Below, piece after piece: positions 28,621 through 36,952 of a stretch of DNA of 64,000 bases. The stretch is from assembly GCA_963704885.1 (NCBI GenBank), contig CAVPIB010000004.1, positions 224,001-288,000 of the forward strand, given 5' to 3'. This DNA comes from an uncultured Actinomycetes bacterium. Lineage in GTDB: Bacteria > Actinomycetota > UBA4738 > HRBIN12. The stretch's first letter is position 1. Each line of letters begins with the position of its first letter. Below the pieces are notes generated by a model. The model made no database searches, was not told where the DNA came from, and was given only the letters and a program-made list of their open reading frames with translations. A program made the translations under genes and the position numbers.

Positions 28621-29358
28621 ATGTCGCTTCGACCAGGCCCCACGCGACCAGCGCTGCGTGGTCCGATCCGGTGGGGATCCGCGCCCAGACCGCGAGGGGG
28701 AACCAGGGCACTCGCGCGGTTGACGACCGAGGATGCCTTACGGTTCACCGGCACGGTCGCCCAGGCGGTTCCGTTCGTGGAGCGAGCGCGTGGATGGGAG
28801 GCCGTCGCCAACCGGGTGTATGGATCGGACCCGCGGTGCGGCTTCTTGTCCCTGGAGCCGTGGGCGAAGGCTCGCGAGCGCTGGAACCGGGGGCTCCGTA
28901 GGCTCGAACGAACGGCCCGGGTCATCGCCATCACCGACGTCAGGGAGTGCTACGCGTCCATAGGCCCTTCGGTCGTCCAGGACCAACTGGCGTCCCTGGG
29001 AACACCCTCTGGTATCGCGAGTGAGGTGGGGCGCTGGCTCGAGCTCCTCGGCGATGCGGGGGTGGTTGGCCTGCCGATCGGCCCCGAGGCCTCCGTGGTG
29101 CTCGCCGACGCCGTACTCCTGGCAGGCGATATCGCCCTTCGTACGTCAGGGATCGCGCATCTGCGCTGGGTCGACGACGTCGTCATCGCCTCGCCTGATG
29201 CGCGGAGCGCGGTTCGGGCCCTGGATCGGCTGCGCCGGGCGTGGTCGACCGTTGGCCTGGAGATCAACGACGCCAAGACCCAGATGCTGGATCGGGATGG
29301 TTTCGGTGCCCTTCGCGCCCGATCGAATTCGCCCACGGGTGCTGCCTCGCTGCGATAA
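28621..29358 (+). CDS. Minimal stand-alone reverse transcriptase (fingers/palm only; UG/Abi-like)
   Basis: Ordered RT motifs PRPRGGTRAL, TDVRECYASI, GLPIGPEASVVLA, RWVDD, GLEINDAKT; GGAGG RBS before ATG 28621. Confidence 0.8.
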   Translation: MSLRPGPTRPALRGPIRWGSAPRPRGGTRALARLTTEDALRFTGTVAQAVPFVERARGWEAVANRVYGSDPRCGFLSLEPWAKARERWNRGLRRLERTARVIAITDVRECYASIGPSVVQDQLASLGTPSGIASEVGRWLELLGDAGVVGLPIGPEASVVLADAVLLAGDIALRTSGIAHLRWVDDVVIASPDARSAVRALDRLRRAWSTVGLEINDAKTQMLDRDGFGALRARSNSPTGAASLR

Positions 29359-29367
29359 TCGCCTCCG

Positions 29368-30882
29368 GTGAAGACCCTCCTGCGCGCGGCTCGGGTTCAC
29401 ACGCTCGCCTTCCCGGAGACCGGCGAGTGGGTCCTGGTGGACGGCAGGCACATCCAGCGGGTGGGGAGCGGGGCGCCGCCGGTGGCCGACCGCGTCGTGG
29501 ACCTTCCAGGTGCGACGATCCTGCCGGGCTTCATCGACACCCACGTGCACCTCACGGCGACCGGGCTGGCCCTCACGAACCGCGATACGGAGCAGGCGGC
29601 TTCGGCCTCGGAACTACTAGACCTTGCCCGGGCCCGCGCCTCGGGAGGTGACGGACCGATCTTCCTCCGAGGGTTCGACGAGACTCGATGGGACGACCCC
29701 AGACACCCGTCCATGGAGGATCTGGACTCCGTGACCGCCCGGCCACTGGTTCTGCAGCGGGCCGACGGTCACCTCGCGCTCGCGAACTCCGCGGCCCTTC
29801 ACGCTGCCGGCCTGGCCGACGATGAGGAGGGCGTGGATCGCGATGCGTCGGGCCGCCCGACGGGAAGGGTCACGCGGGAAGCGCTTCACCGCTTGGGTCG
29901 GTGGACGGCTGGGTCGCTCGACGACCACGCGATCCAGGAGCTCCAGCTCCAGGCGGCGGCGCTCGGCGCGTCTCGCGGCGTCACCGCGGTGCACGAGATG
30001 TCCATGCCTCACTGGTTCGGCCTGCGCGACCTCCAGGTGTTCCTGGGTCATCGAGAGCGGCTGCCGCTCGACGCCGAGCCGATCGTTGCCACCATGGACA
30101 TCCCTCAGATCATGGATCTGGGACTGCCGGCTATCGGCGGCGACCTACCCTTGGACGGATCGATCGGAGCTCGGACGGCAGCGGTCATGGCGCCCTACGC
30201 GGACGAGGCAGGCGCCGGAGCCTCCTACCACACCGATGACGAGCTGGCCGCGTTCTTCCAGGGCGGTCACGTCGCTGGACTCCAGGTCGGAGTCCACGCG
30301 ATCGGGGATCGCGCCATCGAGCAGGTCTTATCGGTGTGGGAGCGCGTGTATCACGCGCTCGACTCCAGGGAACGACGACACTTCCGCGCGCGCCGCCACA
30401 GGGTGGAGCACTTCGAGATGGCCACCACGTCGCAGGTGGAACGCGCGGCCATGCTGGGTCTCGCGGTCTCGGTGCAGCCGACGTTCGACCGGTTGTGGGG
30501 CCAACAGGGCGGCCTCTACCAAGCGGCGCTTGGGTGGGACCGGGCGAGCTTGATGAACCCGTTCCGAACCATGGTCGAACGGGGGATCGAGCTCGGGGCC
30601 GGTTCGGATACGCCCGTGACGCCGTTCGACCCCATGATGTCGATCGCTGCGTGTGAGTCGCATCACGCACCGGGGCAACGGCTCTCGAGGTTCGAGGCGG
30701 TCCGTCTCCACACAGTGGGAAGCGCGCGCATCGGACACCAGGAGGAGAAGAAGGGGGCGCTCGGCCCCGGAATGCACGCGGACCTGGTGGCGTTCGAGGA
30801 AGACCCCATGACCGCCACCTCAGTCGAGGATCTACGCCCGATCCTCACTCTCTCGCTGGGCCGGGAGGTCTTCGCGCGATGA
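29368..30882 (+). CDS. Amidohydrolase-3 (YtcJ-like) family protein
   Basis: PGFIDTHVH, DGH...NS, DGSIGARTA, HAIGDRA, RHRVEH, GSDTP. Confidence 0.9.
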   Translation: MKTLLRAARVHTLAFPETGEWVLVDGRHIQRVGSGAPPVADRVVDLPGATILPGFIDTHVHLTATGLALTNRDTEQAASASELLDLARARASGGDGPIFLRGFDETRWDDPRHPSMEDLDSVTARPLVLQRADGHLALANSAALHAAGLADDEEGVDRDASGRPTGRVTREALHRLGRWTAGSLDDHAIQELQLQAAALGASRGVTAVHEMSMPHWFGLRDLQVFLGHRERLPLDAEPIVATMDIPQIMDLGLPAIGGDLPLDGSIGARTAAVMAPYADEAGAGASYHTDDELAAFFQGGHVAGLQVGVHAIGDRAIEQVLSVWERVYHALDSRERRHFRARRHRVEHFEMATTSQVERAAMLGLAVSVQPTFDRLWGQQGGLYQAALGWDRASLMNPFRTMVERGIELGAGSDTPVTPFDPMMSIAACESHHAPGQRLSRFEAVRLHTVGSARIGHQEEKKGALGPGMHADLVAFEEDPMTATSVEDLRPILTLSLGREVFAR

Positions 30883-30918
30883 GATGGTCGCTTTGTCACT
30901 CTTTGTTGGCCGCTCAGC

Positions 30919-30948
30919 TTGACGCTTCGGACATACGCGGCGTACCTT
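30919..30948 (+). promoter_or_regulatory. Housekeeping sigma promoter candidate for an intergenic RNA
   Basis: TTGACG-N18-TACCTT. Confidence 0.55.
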
Positions 30949-30954
30949 TCGCGT

Positions 30955-31063
30955 CGCGTCACCGCCCCGGCGGAGGCGCACGGTAGGACCCAAGAGGCTG
31001 AGTAGAGAACGCGGCGCCCCGGCGTCGCGGCCCCAAAGGTCTCTTGGGTCCTTACCTGTTCTT
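30955..31063 (+). ncRNA. Candidate small structured RNA of unknown family
   Basis: Own promoter; short hairpin plus long rod (GGACCCAAGAG/CTCTTGGGTCC) followed by a U-rich tail. Confidence 0.5.
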
Positions 31064-31208
31064 GGCCCTTCCTCGCTCCTCGGGGAATGGATGGAGGCCC
31101 CGCGGTGTTGTGCCCGCGGCATCGTTTGCAGCGTCATTCGACGGCAGTACAATCCGCGCGCGACCGAGGCGGTCGAAGCTTGGAACTCCGAAGACATCGA
31201 AGGACCGG

Positions 31209-31586
31209 ATGACTGACATCGATGGATCCGTGGAGGACGACGAAGTGGCCGGCTCCGATGAGCCGGACGACGCCGAGCCCTCCGAGGCCGATCTACAAGG
31301 CGCCGCGGTGCCGGCCGAGCCCGTGGACCCCGCCGATCCGGTGAACGCCGAGGTGGAGTCGATCCAAGACCTCTTGGTGAAGCAGGAGGCGAGGGCCGAA
31401 GAGGAAGAGGCCGAAGACGAGGACGAGCCCGTGGTCGCCCTCACGAAGGACGAGCGTCTCGAACCCGTGGAGACCCGCGTAGAGCCGATCCAGTCGACCG
31501 AGTTCGTATGCAAGAGGTGCTTCCTGGTCAAGCACAGGAGCCAGCTGGCAGACAAGAAGAGGATGCTCTGCCGAGACTGCGCCTGA
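31209..31586 (+). CDS. DUF4193 family acidic protein with C-terminal Cys motif
   Basis: EFVCKRCFLVKHRSQLA...CRDCA; own promoter TTGCAG-N16-TACAAT. Confidence 0.8.
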   Translation: MTDIDGSVEDDEVAGSDEPDDAEPSEADLQGAAVPAEPVDPADPVNAEVESIQDLLVKQEARAEEEEAEDEDEPVVALTKDERLEPVETRVEPIQSTEFVCKRCFLVKHRSQLADKKRMLCRDCA

Positions 31587-31588
31587 AG

Positions 31589-33829
31589 GTGCGTCCGCCG
31601 CTCTCCCTTTCCCTGCCGGTCGCGTTGGCGAGTGGGATCGTGCTGTCGACGGCCTTCCCTCCGATCGGCTGGTGGCCGGTGGCGTTCGTGGCGGTGGCGC
31701 CCCTGCTGTGGTTGCTCTCCTCGACCGGGCCTCGCCGCGGCGCCCTGCTGGGACTCGCGTTCGGCCTGGGTTTCTACGGCGTCACCCTCTACTGGATCCT
31801 GCGCTTCGGCGAGCTCGCGTTCGTAGGGCTCGTGTTGCTCTGCATGCTCTCCACGGCACTGTTCGGATCGGTGGCCCCAGCGGTCTTCCGGCGCGAACGG
31901 CCGTTGATGACGGCGCTCGGCCTGGCCGCGCTTTGGACCCTGGTCGACTGGGTCCGCGGATCGTGGCCTCTCGGAGGGTTCACGTGGGGATCGCTCGGCG
32001 TGTCCCAGGTCGACAATCGTCTCACCGTTCGTCTGGCCACCGTTGCGGGCGTCTGGGGTGTGACGTTCGTGGTCGTGCTCGTGAACGCCCTCGTGTTGCA
32101 GGCGGTCCTCGGTGGTGGGGGAGGGGTGCGGAGGCTCGCCCGCGTCGGCATCGCCCTCATCTTGGTCGCCGTCCCCGTGCTGATCCCGTTCTCGGTTCCC
32201 CTTGGATCGGACCTGGACGTCGCGGCCCTGCAGGTGGATGTGCGTCTAGCCGCCCAGGGCTCGACCACCGACGAGGACCTAGGCGTCGCCAACCTGCACA
32301 TGGCGCTCCACGCAACCCTGGCTGAGGATCCGCCGGACCTGGCCCTGTGGGGCGAGGGCGCGCTCGACCCGGGAGCCGCCAACGATCCCGGGACCCTGGA
32401 CGCCGTCGGCCGCACGATAGCTGAGGTGGGTTCACCGACCATCGTCGGCTCCGTGCCGGATGACCCCGACGGGAGTCAGCACACGAGCGTCCTGGTCTTC
32501 GACGCCTCAGGGATGCAGGTCGACCGCTACGACAAGGTCCATCTGGTCCCGTTCGGGGAGTACGTGCCGTGGCGGGGATCCCTGGACTGGATGTCCGCGC
32601 TCGAGCAGATCCCCGTGGATCGAACACCTGGGGAGATGATCCGCGCGGTCTCCGATGATGGGCTCCCACCCGTCGGCACCCCGATCTGCTTCGAGAACAG
32701 CTTCCCCTCGCTCACGAGGCAGTTCGTGCGCGCGGGCGCGGAGTTCTTGGTCGTCCCCGTGAACAATGCCTCTTACGGGATGACCGCCGCCTCTGCTCAG
32801 CACCTCCAGATGAGCCGGATGCGCGCCGTGGAGACCGGCCGATGGGTCATCAACGCCGCCGTCTCCGGCATCACGGCGTTCGTGGACCCTTCCGGGAGAG
32901 TGGTGGCCGAGGCCGGCCTGTTCGAGTCGGCCATCGTACGCCACACCATCCGAACATCGAAGAGCACCACGCCGTACGTCGGCCTGGGGGATTGGTTGCC
33001 GTGGCTGTGCCTGGCCTTCGTGGTCGGCTCGATCCTCGTTCCGCGAACACGGGCGTCTGCACGGGGTGCGCCGGCTCCCCTCTCGCCTGATCACCGGAGA
33101 ACGCTGGTGATCTTGCCGACCTACGACGAGCGGGACACCATCGAATGGGTCCTGGCGCGGCTCCTGGCGCTCCCGGAGCATGTCGACATCCTGGTGGTCG
33201 ACGACTCCTCGCCCGACGGCACCGGCGAGTTGGCACAGGCCGTGGCCGCGACCGAACCACGCGTTCGACTCCGCTCGCGTCCAACCAAGTCCGGCCTGGG
33301 CAGCGCGTACCTGGCCGGTTTCAAGGTCGCCATCGATGGCGGATACGACCTGATCGTGGAGATGGACTCCGACCTCTCGCACCAGCCGGAGGAGCTCCCT
33401 GCCCTCCTACGAGCCGCAGGCGATTCGCACGACCTCACGGTAGGCAGTCGTTACATACCCGGCGGTTCGGTTACCGACTGGAGCGCCCTCAGGGTTGGCT
33501 TGTCCCGTGCGGGCAACCGCTATGCGAGGTTCATGTTGGCGCTGCCCGCGCACGACGCCACCAGCGGGTTCCGGGTCTACCGGCGCGCCCTGCTCCAGGA
33601 GCTGGCCTCTCTGCCCCTGCACTCCGAGGGGTACGGCTTCCAGATCGAGCTGGTGATGCGTGCCTGGCATGCCGGATGGGATATCGGCGAAGTCCCGATC
33701 ACGTTCCGCGAGCGCGAGCACGGTCGCTCGAAGATCTCCCGGAGGATCGTGGCCGAGGCGCTTTGGCTCGTGACGGTCTGGGGTCTCAAGGCTCGGTTCC
33801 GTGGCTCTCCCCGCGTTCAGCAGGCCTAA
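31589..33829 (+). CDS. lnt: Apolipoprotein N-acyltransferase fused to polyprenol-monophosphomannose synthase (Lnt-Ppm1)
   Basis: TM region; WGEG, KVHLVPFGE, ICFEN triad; C-terminal GT2 with PTYDE, DDSSPDGT, EMDSDLSH. Confidence 0.92.
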   Translation: MRPPLSLSLPVALASGIVLSTAFPPIGWWPVAFVAVAPLLWLLSSTGPRRGALLGLAFGLGFYGVTLYWILRFGELAFVGLVLLCMLSTALFGSVAPAVFRRERPLMTALGLAALWTLVDWVRGSWPLGGFTWGSLGVSQVDNRLTVRLATVAGVWGVTFVVVLVNALVLQAVLGGGGGVRRLARVGIALILVAVPVLIPFSVPLGSDLDVAALQVDVRLAAQGSTTDEDLGVANLHMALHATLAEDPPDLALWGEGALDPGAANDPGTLDAVGRTIAEVGSPTIVGSVPDDPDGSQHTSVLVFDASGMQVDRYDKVHLVPFGEYVPWRGSLDWMSALEQIPVDRTPGEMIRAVSDDGLPPVGTPICFENSFPSLTRQFVRAGAEFLVVPVNNASYGMTAASAQHLQMSRMRAVETGRWVINAAVSGITAFVDPSGRVVAEAGLFESAIVRHTIRTSKSTTPYVGLGDWLPWLCLAFVVGSILVPRTRASARGAPAPLSPDHRRTLVILPTYDERDTIEWVLARLLALPEHVDILVVDDSSPDGTGELAQAVAATEPRVRLRSRPTKSGLGSAYLAGFKVAIDGGYDLIVEMDSDLSHQPEELPALLRAAGDSHDLTVGSRYIPGGSVTDWSALRVGLSRAGNRYARFMLALPAHDATSGFRVYRRALLQELASLPLHSEGYGFQIELVMRAWHAGWDIGEVPITFREREHGRSKISRRIVAEALWLVTVWGLKARFRGSPRVQQA

Positions 33830-33855
33830 CGCCCATAATGGATATTATGTCACCT
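33828..33855. other. dif site (XerCD chromosome dimer resolution site)
   Basis: AACGCCCATAA-TGGATA-TTATGTCACCT, 20/28 identical to E. coli dif; coincides with the gene-strand switch. Confidence 0.85.
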
Positions 33856-33869
33856 TGAACAGAGAGGAC

Positions 33870-34094
33870 TCACCGTTCGTTGCCGTGGCGGTAGTCACCT
33901 GTGGCGCGGGCCAGGAGTTGCTGAACCCCCTCCGTGTCGGCCGAGCGGAGCTTCGCGGCGAGAGCCTCGGCCGCACGGCCGGCCACCGTTGTGACGGTGC
34001 GCCCGCCGCGATCGATCAGGATCCGACCGTCCTTGGTCGTGCGATACGCGAAAGGATCCTCCGAGAGCCGCCTTGACGATCCCGATCGGCTCAT
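33870..34094 (-). CDS. Small hypothetical protein (74 aa)
   Basis: ATGA overlap with gcvPB stop; FAYRTTKDG...LARATGDYRHGNER. Confidence 0.7.
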   Translation of the reverse strand: MSRSGSSRRLSEDPFAYRTTKDGRILIDRGGRTVTTVAGRAAEALAAKLRSADTEGVQQLLARATGDYRHGNER

Positions 34095-35593
34095 CGCGAG
34101 GCGCCGTGGCCGTCCGCGCTCCAACGCAACTTGAGGTGTCGGGCGGCCCTGGCTTCATCGAGGCGACGGACCGGTGTCGTGGTCGGAGCCTCGTGGAGCA
34201 GATCCGGATCTGTCCGCGCTTCCCAGGCAGCCTGACGGAGCGCCGCGCCGAAGGCCTCCAACGTCTCCTTCGTCTCGGTCTCGGTGGGCTCGATCATCAT
34301 CGCCTCATCCACCACGAGCGGGAAGTAGACGGTAGACGGGTGGTAACCGAGGTCGATCAGGCGTTTGGCCACGTCCATCGCCCGGATGTCGGTCGTCTCC
34401 TTCAGGAGGCTCGCCGTCGCCACGAACTCGTGCATGGGACGCCCGTCGGGGAACGCGAGCGGGAACTCTTCGGCGATGAGAGCTGCCAGGTAGTTCGCGT
34501 TCAGGGCCGCAAGCTCGCTGACCGCCTTCAGGCCGTCGGCCCCGTGCAGGAACACGTAGGCGTAGGCCCGAACCAACACCGCGATGTTGCCGTTGAAGCC
34601 GTGGAGCCGTCCGATCGAGCGCGGTCGCTCGTGATCCCATCCGAACTCACCCGTCACCTCGTCCTGCTCCACGAGGGGTGAGGGAAGGAACGGGACCAGC
34701 TCCTCGACCACACCCACGGGACCGGCGCCCGGCCCTCCCCCGCCGTGAGGCGTCGCGAAGGTCTTGTGGGTATTGATGTGCACGATGTCGAACCCCATGT
34801 CGCCAGGGCGGCAGCGGCCCAAGATCGCGTTCAGGTTCGCTCCGTCGTAGTACACGAGTCCGCCAGCGGCGTGCACGAGCCGCGCGATCTCCTCGATCTC
34901 CTGCTCGAACAGCCCGAGCGTGTTCGGATTGGTGAGCATGAGTCCCGCCACCTCGTCGTCAACCAGCTTCGCGAGCGCCCGCACGTCGACCAGACCCCTG
35001 GCATCCGACGGCACCGGCAGGGCTTCGAACCCGGCCAAACGCACACTCGCGGGGTTGGTCCCATGCGCAGAGTCGGGGATGATCACCTTCGTCCGTCCAC
35101 CGCCATGCTCGGCGTGGAAGGCCCGCATGATCAACAGACCTGTCATCTCGCCGCAGGCGCCCGCCGGCGGTTGCAGCGTCGCCCGCGCCATCCCCGTGAT
35201 CTCGCAGAGCGCATGCTCCAGGCGCCACAGCAGCTCCAGCGCACCTTGAGCCGTGTGGTCGGGCTGGAGTGGATGCAGACGCTGGAACCCTGGGAGCGCC
35301 GCCACCGTCTCGGCGACCTTGGGGTTGTACTTCATGGTGCACGAGCCCAACGGATAGAACCCGGTGTCGAGTCCGTGGTTCATCTGCGACAGACGGGTGT
35401 AGTGGCGAACCAGGTCGACCTCGGACACCTCGGGGAGGCCGGGTGCGACCCGGCGTCGATCGCCCTGCGGGACGGGGATGTCGGGGACATCGAGCGGAGG
35501 AAAGCTGTAGGCCGTTCGCCCCGGCCGGGAGCGATCGGCGATCGTGCCGACCCCCTCGGCCGGTCCCTGTCGACGGATCGGCGCTCCTATCAC
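34091..35593 (-). CDS. gcvPB: Glycine dehydrogenase subunit 2
   Basis: PLGSCTMKYNP, SAHGTNPAS, HINTHKTF, PHGGGGPG. Confidence 0.96.
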   Translation of the reverse strand: MIGAPIRRQGPAEGVGTIADRSRPGRTAYSFPPLDVPDIPVPQGDRRRVAPGLPEVSEVDLVRHYTRLSQMNHGLDTGFYPLGSCTMKYNPKVAETVAALPGFQRLHPLQPDHTAQGALELLWRLEHALCEITGMARATLQPPAGACGEMTGLLIMRAFHAEHGGGRTKVIIPDSAHGTNPASVRLAGFEALPVPSDARGLVDVRALAKLVDDEVAGLMLTNPNTLGLFEQEIEEIARLVHAAGGLVYYDGANLNAILGRCRPGDMGFDIVHINTHKTFATPHGGGGPGAGPVGVVEELVPFLPSPLVEQDEVTGEFGWDHERPRSIGRLHGFNGNIAVLVRAYAYVFLHGADGLKAVSELAALNANYLAALIAEEFPLAFPDGRPMHEFVATASLLKETTDIRAMDVAKRLIDLGYHPSTVYFPLVVDEAMMIEPTETETKETLEAFGAALRQAAWEARTDPDLLHEAPTTTPVRRLDEARAARHLKLRWSADGHGASR

Positions 35594-36912
35594 GACAACA
35601 CCAGTTCGAGCGCCTCGCAGAATCGGTCGATCTCGCCCTTGGAACGGCGCTCCGTGACGGCGATCGACATCGCGTGTCCGCCAGCGTCCGCCATGGGCAC
35701 GCCGCCCAGGAAGCCGTGCTCGAGCAACGCGTCGCGGACGTCGATGGCCTTACGAGGCAGCGTGACCGTGAATTCCTTGAAGAAGGGGGCTGCCGGGAAC
35801 AAGAGGTCGATGCCGTCGATCTCGGTCAGGCGCGCCGCCGCGTAGGCGGTCTTCGACGCGCACTGCCTCCCTAGCTCCGAGAGTCCGCCGGGCCCGAGCC
35901 ATCCCAGGTAGATGGTTGCAGCGACCGCCATGAGCGTCTGGTTCGTGCAGATGTTCGAGTTGGCCTTCTCTCGGCGGATGTGCTGTTCGCGGGCCTGGAG
36001 GGTGAGCACGTAGCCGGTCGTGCCGTCCACGTCGATCGTCTCGCCGACGATGCGGCCAGGCATCCTCCGAACATCGTCCATCCGGGCCGCGATCAGGCCG
36101 AGGTAGGGACCACCGTAGTTGAGATGGTTGCCCAGGCCCTGACCCTCGGCCACAGCGATGTCTGCCCCCAGCTCCCCCGGCGGGGCGAGGATCCCCAGCG
36201 AGAGCGGGTCGAACACTTGGACCGCCCGCGCTCCCCCGTCGTGCGCCAGGCCGAACAGTTCACGGACGGGCTCCAGCACCCCGTAGACGTTCGGGTGCTG
36301 GACGACCACCGCGGCCACGTCCGGCCCCACCTCAGGTGCTCCTCCCCGACCCTGCACCAACGGGAAGACCTCGGGCTCATACCCCGCTCCCCTGCCATAG
36401 GACCGGAGGGTCTCGAGCAGCCGCTGATCGACCCCTGCCGAGACCAACACCCGTCCTCGTCCGTGTCCCCGCGCCATGTTCACGGCCTCCACCAGGGCGG
36501 TAGCCCCGTCGTAGAGCGAAGCGTTGGACACCTCGAGCGCCGTCAGCTCGCAGATCATCGATTGGAACTCGAACAGGGTCTGGAGGACGCCCTGCGAAAG
36601 CTCCGGTTGGTAAGGGGTATACGAGGTATAGAACTCCGATCGCCCCGTCAGCGCCCAAACGATGCTGGGCACGTAGTGGTCGTAAGCGCCACCTCCCGCG
36701 AAGCACACGAGGTCGTCCATGCTCCGGTCGTTGGCCGCCAGCACGCCCATGTCGGCCACGAGCTCCATCTCGGAGATCCCGGGCTCGAGCGCGAGCGGCC
36801 GATCGAGCCGAACCCCGGCCGGGATGTCGGAGAACAACTCGTCCATGCTCACGATCCCGAGCGTGGCGAGCATCTCCCGGACGTCGTCGTCGGTGTGCGG
36901 GGTGAACCTCAC
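35590..36912 (-). CDS. gcvPA: Glycine dehydrogenase subunit 1
   Basis: YTPYQPELSQG, NASLYDG, REQHIRREKANSNICTN; start GTG 36912. Confidence 0.96.
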   Translation of the reverse strand: MRFTPHTDDDVREMLATLGIVSMDELFSDIPAGVRLDRPLALEPGISEMELVADMGVLAANDRSMDDLVCFAGGGAYDHYVPSIVWALTGRSEFYTSYTPYQPELSQGVLQTLFEFQSMICELTALEVSNASLYDGATALVEAVNMARGHGRGRVLVSAGVDQRLLETLRSYGRGAGYEPEVFPLVQGRGGAPEVGPDVAAVVVQHPNVYGVLEPVRELFGLAHDGGARAVQVFDPLSLGILAPPGELGADIAVAEGQGLGNHLNYGGPYLGLIAARMDDVRRMPGRIVGETIDVDGTTGYVLTLQAREQHIRREKANSNICTNQTLMAVAATIYLGWLGPGGLSELGRQCASKTAYAAARLTEIDGIDLLFPAAPFFKEFTVTLPRKAIDVRDALLEHGFLGGVPMADAGGHAMSIAVTERRSKGEIDRFCEALELVLS

Positions 36913-36952
36913 GCCCGGAATATTACGGTCGCGGGTGCCCGGCGGCCGTTGG

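Noticed and set aside
28480-29358. RT as a retron, group II intron or DGR
   Set aside because: No NAxxH/VTG motifs or a1/a2 repeats enclosing an msr-msd; no maturase domain or intron domain V; no Avd gene or TR/VR repeat pair seen.
30955-31063. Identification as 6C, SRP or 6S RNA
   Set aside because: Loops have four Cs, not six; no SRP GNRA/AGCAG domain; much shorter than typical 6S. Left as unknown.
31589-33829. Lnt-Ppm1 fusion as a novelty
   Set aside because: Same architecture is known from M. tuberculosis Ppm1.
36913-36952. Glycine riboswitch before gcvP
   Set aside because: Only 40 nt of intergenic space; the gene appears leaderless.
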